Source: Octopus sinensis (lineage: Eukaryota). From it: a stretch of 64,000 nucleotides of DNA. The position numbers and the translations under genes are program-made. The DNA is taken from the NCBI RefSeq assembly GCF_006345805.1, contig NC_042998.1, positions 173,228,001 to 173,292,000 of the forward strand, in the 5' to 3' direction. This document shows positions 11,816 to 22,275 of the stretch, in pieces; within the stretch, counting starts at the first letter, position 1, and every line of letters starts with the position of its first letter. The notes beneath the pieces are model-generated. The model searched no databases and was not told the DNA's origin. It saw only the letters and a list, made by a program, of their open reading frames with translations.

Positions 11816-12882
11816 GATTACAGTACATTTGTCTAAAAGCAGAACAGCGCTTCATGCAGCGCATGTCAATTGACTAAAGTGACATGAAAGTTATCGTCAT
11901 TTAAGGTATATTTGTGAATAAGTCACTAACGGAAATAAGTGGATCTATTAGCTGCGGAAAGTACTATTTACTTGTTTATGGGTTGTTCTGGGCAAAGTGC
12001 GAAAATTACTCTAACAATTCAAATAATAAGAAATAAACATACTCAACTTGATTTACACCAAATAAAATATAATATTTTGAAAACTTTTTGCATGCCTGCT
12101 ATGGGAACAGTACGTTAATGGTAAAATTTGCAAATAAGTTGTGACATTGATATCTTCATAACCTATGGTCAGAATTTACTCAAATTTATTTTAAATGAAA
12201 GATCTTAGATAGGTCTATGAAATGCCATTAAATCTATACATTGACTTAGGGCAGGGTTTAGATTGATAGTAAAACCATTGACCTTCTCTGACTACTTCTT
12301 GTAAGAAAGTCCACGTAATGTACAACGCACACGTATTTATACAACGTAACCACTGACAACAGGTCACTTTAATGATATTGTTTCTCTAATAAATAAGGGG
12401 AGAAATGACTAGTGGGTAAAAGAGAAAAAATAAATAAATAAATGGGTTTGCCCTGTCTATCTACTGGCAGTTCTAGCTGCAGCCAGACGAGTTTCCCTTT
12501 AGCCATTAAAGGAAATAGATGGGTTATATGTGAACACTTTCTAGGGGCCGTAGCGGTCCAATTATAGATTGTTATTAAACTGCAGTGAGTCTAGAAACAA
12601 ACTAGATGTTACTTTAACATGTATGCAAAGTTTCACGAAGACTCATTAACGGGGTTAGACGGCAACTTGACACAAACAAACAGACAACCAAACAGACTGC
12701 CGTTGATATATGTATATATACGTTTATATACTACTATGATAATAATTATACTACTACTACTAGTAGAATGTGACAAGACTGGTCCTTTGAAATATACGTA
12801 CTACTCATTTTTCTAGGTGAGTGGATTGGTGCAACAAGAAATAAATTATATATAAATTATATATATATATATTATATATATA

Positions 12883-12951
<69 letters not shown>

Positions 12952-13109
12952 TGCATATATATTTCCGCACAAACATACTCATAGGTACATACGTATTAGA
13001 TGGGTTTAGAAGGGAGGATTAATGCAGTAGTTTGTATCATTATAATTACATAATATAATTATAACAATAATACATAAACTTATATATATGTTTATATAAA
13101 CATGCATGA

Positions 13110-13310
13110 AAATGGAAAAAAATGATGGTAAATTATTTTTAAAATCGTAGACTCATCGTAGACAAGCGCTAATACCCAGAAGGGCTCGATATGAATCACG
13201 ACTATAAGATACCTGGCTTTGGTTAAACTGCACCGCAAAATGTGGGAGTAGTTAGGAATCTAAATCGAAGGGGACAGACACTCACACAACTACAGTTTTA
13301 TATATATAGA
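13110..13310 (-). mobile_element. Non-autonomous Helitron 5' fragment (same family as 37308-37840)
   Basis: Reverse complement closely matches 37308-37510; begins TCTATATATATAAAACTG. Confidence 0.8.
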
Positions 13311-13491
13311 TATATGTTTATTTCTCCGTTATTTTTTCTTTATGCAGTAGTTGAAATCCTGCGGGAAGTGGAGAGGGGTTATTTTTGTTCAGTTACGTAA
13401 TCTCATTGGTCATCTATTGTTTGAAATATGTATGTGTATATGTAATATATATATAATATATATATATATATATTATATATATATATTATAT

Positions 13492-13534
<43 letters not shown>

Positions 13535-13867
13535 TTGTGTGTGTGTGTATATATGTTCCTCATCTATATAGTTTCACTATTATATAACTAAAATAACTTT
13601 AATTATATTGATTTTATAAATTACAATATTACTTCTCTTATAACTTTCTCATACCTCTGTTTATATTTTATCTAATATGAATAATATAATGCATCTAATA
13701 ATAATAAGAATAATTGATTCTTTTGTATGCGTATACATGCAAATATGTATGTACATTTAAGTGTAGTTATATGTATTTATGTATATTTATGTATATGTAT
13801 GTATATGTATAAGTATGTATATGTGTGTGTATTTATATTTATAACTTAAACTTATGTACTTTCTAAA

Positions 13868-13973
13868 ATCTCTGATGAAGCCTAAAGAATCACCCAAGTA
13901 CCTCAATTTCATCTAGTAATTACTTCAGTCCACTGGAGGGATTTTTGCCTCTTGCCTGAAACAGCTGTAAGAT
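13868..13973 (+). ncRNA. Type I hammerhead motif with intact core and expanded stem II
   Basis: atct-CTGATGA-(79-nt stem II domain)-GAAAC-AGCT-GTA|agat; 4-bp stem I; same stem III as 2202-2253. Confidence 0.65.
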
Positions 13974-14040
13974 ATTTTCCCAATTTCTATTTATATATAT
14001 TTCTTTATTGCTCACAGGGGGCTAAACATAGAGGGGACAA

Positions 14041-14235
14041 GCTCGAAAGTTTGACTGCGCATGCGCTAAATTGTGCGTGCGCATGCGCGAACGTTAGCGT
14101 GCGCATGCGCGAACTTGTGACTGCGCATGCACGAACGTGTGACTGCGCATGCGCGAAAGTATGCCTGCGCATGCGCTAACGTCTAACTGCGCATGCGCGA
14201 AAGTGCGACTGCGCATGCGCGAAAGTGTGACTGTA
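14041..14235. repeat. 22-bp minisatellite, block 1 (8 TGCGCATGCGC cores)
   Basis: Cores start at 14056, 14078, 14100, 14122 (variant), 14144, 14166, 14188, 14210. Confidence 0.97.
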
Positions 14236-14361
14236 ATTGATGAGCATGGACACAAGCTGAATGAAGATCACTGACATTGGTTTGGCTGGCCCATCTACTC
14301 AAACATTAGCTAATTGAATATTCCTTCAATACTGAGCTTCAATAGGCCATGAACACTTGGC

Positions 14362-14431
14362 CAATGTGTCATAGTGGGACTGAACCCGGAACCATGTGGT
14401 TGGGAAGCTTCATTCCACACAGCCACGCCTA
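14362..14431 (-). mobile_element. SINE family A head fragment
   Basis: gtgggactgaacccggaaccatgtggttggg...cacacagccacgcc. Confidence 0.75.
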
Positions 14432-14489
14432 ATATATATATATATATATTTCTTTATTACTCACAGGGGGCTAAACATAGAGGGGACAA

Positions 14490-14615
14490 ACGCGAAAGTG
14501 TGACTGCGCATGCGCGAAAGTGTGACTGCGCATGCGCGAAAGTGTGACTGCGCATGCGCGAAGGTGTGACTGCGCATGCTCGAATGTGTGACTGCGCATG
14601 CGCGAAAGTATGACT
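14490..14615. repeat. 22-bp minisatellite, block 2 (5 cores)
   Basis: Cores start at 14505, 14527, 14549, 14571 (variant), 14593; offset 449 bp from block 1. Confidence 0.97.
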
Positions 14616-15662
14616 ACATTACGAAATCATCAGATTTACATAGTGACAGTCGTGTTCTCCAGTTGTCAAATGTTGTCAGTTGTGAAACACGACTGTTATT
14701 ATATAGACCTGATGATTGCGTAATATATGAAACTACTAGTTTATCTCAATACTGTAAAATTGTATAATTGTAAAATTGTAAAAATTGCAAATAATAAAAC
14801 GGGAAAATCAGACTAAGCTGGAATGTTGGAATTTTATTGATTAATACACACACACACACACACGCACATACGCGGCTGCAGCACAGATGTGACCATGATG
14901 CTCCAGTGATCTGATGATTTATCTTTCTTTATGTGCATTAATTTGTAAATATACAATTCTACAGTTGAGCATATATATTTCAAAAATATACGTATGATTT
15001 TTGTATGCTGAGATTCATAAAACGCGAAGGTTACGAAGCGGCTGGAATATTACGGAGGTCATACGGAAGAATCATTCTAACTTCACGTCTCTCATCTCCT
15101 GAACTTTTGCTTTATTTATTACACGCTGAAAAAAATATCTTTTTCGAATATTCTTGATTGTCATTTTCACGGATACATTTCTCTCGACTACAATGTAATT
15201 GATTACTATTTAGACTGGTAACAGATTTTCGAATAGAGAGCTCACTGCGAAACAAAGAAATTCATAACCAGTTTTGTTTCTCTTATAATATTGATTTCTA
15301 CCCTCGCTTTTCTTCTTCTTCCTATCCACACACGCCGATTTGCACAGATTTAAATGCAAAGTAAAATACGTAGCATATATCCAGCATTCCATATTGTTTA
15401 AGTCAAAATAATAATAATGACATTCTGACTGATGTAAATCCCTTAGCGAAACATCCCATACAACCAGAAATAAATGCAATATTTTGCCTGAAGAAACAAA
15501 CATATGTGTTAAAATCTCCCCTTAAAATCATAATCGCAGTATCTAAAGGGGGGGGGGATACAGCAACAAAATACACATGGTTTGTAGAAACGTGCAAAGC
15601 AATGAATTAAAGAATTTATGAATTTATGAATTTATGAATTTTCATCCAAAAGTTCTTATAGC

Positions 15663-16470
15663 TATATAATGTGTGCGATGGGTAATTGAGGACATTTCGT
15701 TTTTAGTTCATTACACCTTCAAATTATTTAATGTACCATTTTATTTTTGCAGATAATCCTTTCAAGATATCATGCTAACTCAAGAAATGAAAACACATGA
15801 AGTTATATTTGCCATACATGCAAACCACAGTGGTGTTGAAATTAGCAACTTTCTAAATGTTGCAATATCATTTGTACACAAAGTTCGGTTGGAATTGGAG
15901 GCATGTGGTTTCACCTGTATCAAAGAGAAAAACACATTCGCAACGCTCAAACACTAAAAGGACACCGGGATTTATTCAGCATGTTCAAAATATTATCGAT
16001 GAAAACCCTAGAAGATCAATGAGGTCCATTGCTAAAGAACTTCGGATGTGACATTCGATGCAAGTCCTATGTAATGAGGAAAGACCAGTTCGTGTTTGCA
16101 AAGACACAGGACAACCCTCCCGTCCGTTCAAAACGGTTACTAAACAAAGTATAAAACCCCCATGAGCAAGGCATGCTTTGGTTTTTCCCTGACAAAATAA
16201 CTTCGACCAGCATCAAAAGTTTAACAGAAGAAATGACAGGTGGTTATGGGCAGATCCTTCTGAAGTACTCAGAGAGATGGACACGAAATTCCCAGCAACT
16301 GTGATAGTTTTAGGAGTGGTGAGTAGCGAAGGTCATGTGATGCCTCACCACTTCTTTCCACAAGGTCTTATCAAACCCTGGATTGATGAAGTATGCAATG
16401 GAAGGCCATACCTGTTTCAACAAGTCTCAGCATTTTCTCACGAAGCCCTAGTTACCCAAGAATAGCTGAA
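15663..16470 (+). mobile_element. Tc1/mariner maT (DD37D)-like transposon, degenerate and 3'-truncated
   Basis: EISNFLNVAISFVHKVRLELEA...RTPGFIQHVQNIIDENPRRSMRSIAKEL...NFDQHQKFNRRNDRWL...TKFPATVIVLGVVSSEGHVMP...KPW...GRPYLFQQ. Confidence 0.85.
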
Positions 16471-16475
16471 AGGCA

Positions 16476-16726
16476 ATCTTTTGAGCGGGATGGGCTACTC
16501 GACCAGAAGAAAATTCTAACTGTGCCCCACCTGCAAGGTCATGGGCTGTTTATCTTGATATGAGATCACCATGTCACGCATATATGGTATGATGCATGTG
16601 CCAGGTGTACCCTTATGAGACGTGTACTCATGATGGGCATAATGGGCTTTGTATATTTTACCCCAGCGTCACTTTGATGGCATGCACTGCTCTCACACTC
16701 AATAATAATAATAACAACAACAACAT
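16476..16726 (+). mobile_element. 5'-truncated copy of the 518-bp non-coding element N with (AAT)4(AAC)4 tail
   Basis: 16476-16700 is a diverged reverse complement of ~32990-33215. Confidence 0.8.
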
Positions 16727-16771
16727 CAAAAAATACCCTAGGAATGGAAACCCAGTTTCGAAATTTCCCCA

Positions 16772-16817
16772 AACACCTCATGAAAGCTGGTGGGTATATC
16801 AGCCGAAACGTTGTGTT
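16772..16817 (+). ncRNA. Minimal type I hammerhead relic
   Basis: aacac-CTCATGA-a-agctg gtgggtatat cagcc-GAAAC-GTT|gtgtt; 5-bp stem I, 4-bp stem II, loopless ACGT stem III; G5>C. Confidence 0.62.
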
Positions 16818-16921
16818 AGCAAAGAAACAAGATGAGGACAAATATCCATCAAATGTATATAATGTAAATAATATCCATAGTTCCTCATCTCTTAAATATA
16901 GTACTGTATTATTCTTTGTGT

Positions 16922-17226
16922 GGAGGCGCAATGGCCCTGTGGTTAGGGCAGCGGACTCGCGGTCGTAGGATTGCGGTTTCGATTCCCAGACAGGGCGTTG
17001 GAAGTGCTTATTGAGCGAAAACACCTAAAGCTCCACGACACTCCGGCAGCAGGTGGTGGCGATCCCTGCGGTACTCTTTCGCCACAACTTTCTTTCACTC
17101 TTTCTTCTGTTGGCCTGCTCGCTTAGCCAGTGGGGTGGCGTTCTTTGAAGGCTAAAACAATGCGAAGCGCATTGTGACCAGCGATGTGTAGCAACATCTG
17201 ATTGCCTGGTCGGTCACGGTGATCAT
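16922..17226 (+). mobile_element. tRNA-derived SINE family C, full length, RTE-type tail
   Basis: A box tggccctgtgg, B box ggtttcgattccc; 3' ~60 nt matches the RTE 3' end at 30791-30850. Confidence 0.85.
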
Positions 17227-17231
17227 GGTGA

Positions 17232-17605
17232 TTATTCTTTGTAAGCCTAGTAGTTATTCTCTCGGTCTCTTTTGCCGAAACGTGTAAGCAATCGATGGTG
17301 GGCTGACAGACGCAGACACACAAACATATACATATATACATGTGTGTGTATGGGTGTGTTTTTGTGTGTGTGTGTGTGTGTGTGTATGTGTGTTTGTGTG
17401 TGTGCATCGTTGTGTTTTTGTTCGTCCCTCAGTATCGATTGACATCCTGTGTTGGTGTGTTTACGTCTCCGTAACTTAGCAGTTCGGCTTTAAAGACTGA
17501 TATAACAAGTGCCAAGCTTAAAAATAATAAATAGTTGGATCGTTTCAATCGACTAAATCTTTCTGAAGGCGTTGCCCTAGCATGGCCGCAGCAAAATGTC
17601 TGAAA
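17232..17605. mobile_element. Two SINE family A tail fragments in opposite orientation sharing a CA/TG tract
   Basis: 17232-17340 (-) and 17410-17605 (+) match the family A 3' half. Confidence 0.7.
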
Positions 17606-17751
17606 TAAATAAAAGATAATGTATATATATATGTGTGTGTATGTGTGTGTATGTGCGTGTATACGTATATATATATATGTGTGTATGTATATATATATAA
17701 GAAATATTGAGTTTCTAAATCTCTCGTAGAGAGGTGTACGGTGGTGGAGCG

Positions 17752-17974
17752 ATATAATGGTTGTATACTGTCAATCTAACAAGAACGTGACAGTAGGGGG
17801 TACACCACCGTTATATAGCCTAGGAGGCATCGAACGCCTCCTGACAGCTTCGACACACAGGATAAAATGTGTCGAAGCTGTCAGGGGGCGTTCGATGCCT
17901 CCGAGGGCTATATAACGGTGGTGTACCCCCTACTGTCACGTTCTTGTTAGATTGACAGTATACAACCATTATAT
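17752..17974. repeat. Near-perfect foldback (~106-bp arms, 10-nt loop)
   Basis: 17752-17857 vs 17868-17974 differ by about 2 substitutions and 1 indel. Confidence 0.95.
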
Positions 17975-17979
17975 ATATC

Positions 17980-18011
<32 letters not shown>

Positions 18012-18041
18012 ATATATATATATATATAGATATATATATAT

Positions 18042-18072
<31 letters not shown>

Positions 18073-18146
18073 TATATGTATGGGTGTATGCGTGTGCGCG
18101 CACACATACACACACACATATATATATATGCAGATATGTACACACA

Positions 18147-18182
<36 letters not shown>

Positions 18183-18437
18183 TCAGGGACGCGTTTGTGT
18201 TTCTGAAAACATTTTTACCTTCGAAGAAGACCAGCTAGAGGCGTCGTCTTTGACTAAAAGAAGATAAAAAGGAAAACTCGAAATCCCGCAGCATATGTAT
18301 TCTCACGCTAGGAATTCTGCACTGAAATGTGTGGACTAACTATATTGAGCACTCTATGTAATTACTTCTCGAAATGTATCAAAATAAATACTTAAGCAGT
18401 TATATCAGACCATATTGAGTTTGGTACTATATATATA

Positions 18438-18635
18438 TTCTTTTACTTGTTTCAGTCATTTGATTGCATCCATGCTGGAGCACAGCTTTCAGTCGAGCAA
18501 ATCGACCCCAGGACTTATTCTTTGTAAGCCTAGTACTTATTCTATTGATCTCTTTTGCCCGAACCGCTAGTTACGGCGACGTAGACACACCGGTATCAGT
18601 TGTCAATCGATTGTAGGGGGACAAACACAGACTAA

Positions 18636-18666
<31 letters not shown>

Positions 18667-18852
18667 CATATGTATATATATATATATATATATATATGCG
18701 ACGGGCTTCTTTCAGTTTTCTTCTACCAAATCTACCCAAAAGATTTTGATCAGCCCGAGGCTATAGTAGAAGACACTTGTGCAAGGAGACACGCAATGGG
18801 ATGAACCCGGAACCATGTGGTTGGTCTATTTACCACACACCCACTCCTACGC
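18438..18852 (-). mobile_element. SINE family A, near full length
   Basis: Same head, body and tail as 10159-10566. Confidence 0.9.
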
Positions 18853-18863
18853 TTTTATATACG

Positions 18864-18895
<32 letters not shown>

Positions 18896-19260
18896 ATATG
18901 CATGTATGTATGTATATGTGTGCGTGTGTGTGTGTGCATATATAAATCTTTGATGCTCGAATTATTTTAGATTGCTGCTATACACCATAACATGTTTTGC
19001 GCGTTCATCCTCTCGTTTAATAAAGTGGATCGTATTTCTCAATTTCCATTCCTGTCTGTCATTCTGTCTGCCTGTCTGTCTCCCTCTTTCTCTCTCTCCT
19101 TCTCTCTCAGACACGCACAAACCCACACATATAGACACACATTTGTATATACTCATATATAAATACATACATGCATACATACACATATTTATAAATATTT
19201 TGACGTGTGTATGTGTGTGTGTGTGTGGTGGCTATTTGTGTTCGCGGGTGTGTGGCTGTA

Positions 19261-19299
<39 letters not shown>

Positions 19300-19319
19300 T
19301 GTGTGTGTGTATGTGTGTA

Positions 19320-19350
<31 letters not shown>

Positions 19351-19425
19351 TGTGTGGTGGCTATTTGTGTTCGCGGGTGTGTGGCTGTATGTGTGTGTGT
19401 TTGTGTGTGTATGTGTGTGTGTGTT

Positions 19426-19461
<36 letters not shown>

Positions 19462-19739
19462 GTGTGTGTGTGTTTTGCAACAAATATTGCACGAATAACT
19501 TGGGGGAGAATTATAAGTTCAATAAGTATTGCATTGCTAAAAATGTCCAGAAACTTTACTCTGCTGGACCCCTTGTAGAGCTCCAACAGAGTGTGTCACT
19601 GTGCTGAGAATGTTTCTTTCGAGCCATGAGCTAGAAATTAGTCTTTTCCGAAGGTAAACTGCACTGAAATTGCCTTTGGAAGTTGGAATACGTCACAAAC
19701 CTAAAATTTGTTTGTTTTTCCATCGCTGCTTTGCTTTAT

Positions 19740-19885
<146 letters not shown>

Positions 19886-20514
19886 TTTAGGAATTTGTTT
19901 TGTAAGATCCCTGATGCGGAATCGTGTATTGAAACAGATATTGTTATATTTAGCGATAGTCATTTTGTTGTTGCCAAAGAAACACACACACTATATATTC
20001 GTTCTTTTCTCGTTTACTGTTATTTATCTTTTTCTATCTGATGCCCATTGTCTAGAGATCTAACGCCAGACACCTGTGACCTCTTCAGGGACTCCTCTAT
20101 CCCACGTGTTTCCTCCTGAACAGATTTACAGACAATGGACATAAGATAAAATAAGAGCAATAATTAACGAGTGAAGAACGAATATATATTTTGCGTGTGT
20201 TCATGTAACAAGAAACGAACGATCTTCTCGAAATATAACAATATATATATATATATGTGCATGTGTGTATGTGTGCAGGTGTGTGTGTGTGTATGTGTGT
20301 GTTTGTGTTTGCGTGCGTACGTGCGTGCGTGCGTGTGTATGTATGTATGTATGTATGTATGTATGTATGTATGTATAGGCTGTCTCAAAACATGCATACA
20401 CATAGTATACACAGACTTCTGTTCTTTTGTTTTTTTTTTTGTTCTGCATCTTTCAGTACGGGGTGTTTCTGTAGTCTTTTGCCAATATCCTTATCCTCTG
20501 TCTAATTTTGCTTA

Positions 20515-20925
20515 GATAAATTTCCAGCCCGGTCGTGACTGTTTTATAGGACAATCCATGCTGTATTAGTCCCCTTCCAGCTTCTTTTTTCAGTAAGTAG
20601 AGACGGTCGATGCATACTAAAAGTACGTTACATGTTGTCGGATATGAGAAATCCGTAATGATTTTCTATCCAGTTTCTGAAACCCCATTGCACTACAAGT
20701 ACAACTAAATTACTGAGAGCTACGCTACAATCTTTAGACTCCAATCCAGTTTCCAGGACCAGTATTACTCTTTCGAAGTATTCTTTTCGAATATTTTCCT
20801 TTATTTAAGTTGGATTCTATTTTCCACAAGTGCTCTCAAAATACAGTCCTTTATAACGGTGTTTAAGTCAAGTTTCATGACTAATGCTGCAGTGAGCTTA
20901 ATACTCTTCAACGTTGCCTCGAAGG
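20515..20925 (-). pseudogene. R4/Dong-like LINE fragment (post-RT region)
   Basis: Minus strand: ATLKSIKLT...LDLNTVIK...IDRLYLLKKEAGRGLIQHGLSYKTVTTGL; homologous to 27190-27260 and 34690-34800. Confidence 0.7.
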
Positions 20926-21379
20926 TTAATGAGAACGGCGAGTTTCAATATTTGACTGTCGTTTTAGCTCTTTAGCGCCTTATGCACGACACACTTCGAT
21001 ATAAGCAGCTTGGCGAGACGGAGACATATGCGAATGGTGTAAAGACTATTTGCTGATGTTCTGTGACGCAGCACCTGTAAAGCAAAATCAAATGTTATCA
21101 ATGACACATAAAATAGTGTATGCGTTTTGCGCCTATGCCGATAACTTCAGCATAATGTCCTGGGAAACCTCTTCACAACGCCGAGTATCAAAGAACACTT
21201 AATGTCTCCGACCAGAAGCGACTTAACGAGTATGGCCATTGCACGAAGCTTAATCAATGTGCTATGCCTGTGCAAGAAGATTTTTTTTTAAAGTGAGGAA
21301 AGGCTGTGCACTGAATCAATCTCACTCGCTAAGCAACAGCAGCCATAATCCGAAAAGACGAACAAGTCAACATCATCGG

Positions 21380-21752
21380 TAACCACTGAGCCGCAGGTTT
21401 TATGTCGGAGTTATCCCAGTTACCTGAGTTACCTTCCCTAGAAGGATGCCCTAACAAAGGCTAGGAGTCCTTCACTCCCAATAGTTTAACCGCGCGATCG
21501 GGTATTCAGTCCGATTATTTCTATGTCCCCGCGCAAGATACAGCCTTAAGACATTTATTGGATGGCCGTCGACACTCAAGAGTTCCTCCGCCCTTTGACG
21601 GGTTTTGTTTTTCATCCCGCAGGGTGTCCAATAAACAGCCTCCTCACCAAGCAAGCTTGGTGGGGTTGCCGGTTTAGTCGCCGACGACCCGACCATGCAA
21701 CAGGTTGTACTGGGTTACTTGTTACCAGTAGCACTCGAAAGTGACCTGACAT
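21380..21752 (-). mobile_element. GC-richer structured segment resembling a LINE (RTE-type) 5' UTR
   Basis: Several short hairpins; ggcatccttctagggaaggtaactc...aaaacc resembles RTE leaders as I recall them. No ORF attached. Confidence 0.35.
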
Positions 21753-22233
21753 AAACATACATACATACATACACGAATACATGCATACAAACATACATAC
21801 ATACCTACATACATACACACATGCACACACACACACATACATATAAACTGTTGAATCGTAGATGTAACAATGATGCTCCAGTGATCTGATGAGTTAACTT
21901 CCTTCATTTACATCAATTAACCAATATACAATTTTACGGTATACTGCTGAACAGACAAATTGAGGAAAACATAGTCGTATTATTTTCACATATTAAGAAG
22001 AATGTTAGAAATCCTGGAATTCACATACAAAAATCAATCTATCTTCACGTCTCACATCTCCTTGAACTAGACAATACTATATAAAAACTCGAATGAAACT
22101 ACCAATAAATTAGCACTGAATGTCTATTTGTGTATATATTTCTATCTATCTCTTTTTCCCTCTCTCCCACTCTCTCTCCCTATCTCCTCTCCCCCTCTCT
22201 CTATCTGTCTATCTATTTATCTGCATATTCATG

Positions 22234-22272
<39 letters not shown>

Positions 22273-22275
<3 letters not shown>

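Larger units (their letters stand above)
9785..12730 (-). mobile_element. Helitron 5' portion with RepHel N-terminal pseudogene
   Basis: Minus strand: 5' end motif near 12600-12730, charged 23-aa repeats (ETAVERKTRLTA), KAAFRYN...SIGRMEKVC[SINE]EYCRSLKLPGEAPTMCFSRGKMKL...KHF...YNASFMVISFGG. Confidence 0.8.

Noticed and set aside
14041-14615. CRISPR-like look (constant core, variable linker)
   Set aside because: 11-bp cores with 11-bp related linkers, no unique spacers, no cas genes, eukaryotic context: a minisatellite.
14709-14741. CTGATGA...GAAAC at hammerhead-like spacing
   Set aside because: Neither stem II nor stem I pairs convincingly.
16922-17000. tRNA gene calls for SINE heads (also 36700, 55320, 55899)
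   Set aside because: Only A/B boxes; they continue into SINE bodies and do not form full cloverleafs.
20070-20115. Minus-strand GAAAC upstream of CTGAAGA (type II-like order)
   Set aside because: Cleavage position would be G and stem II does not pair.
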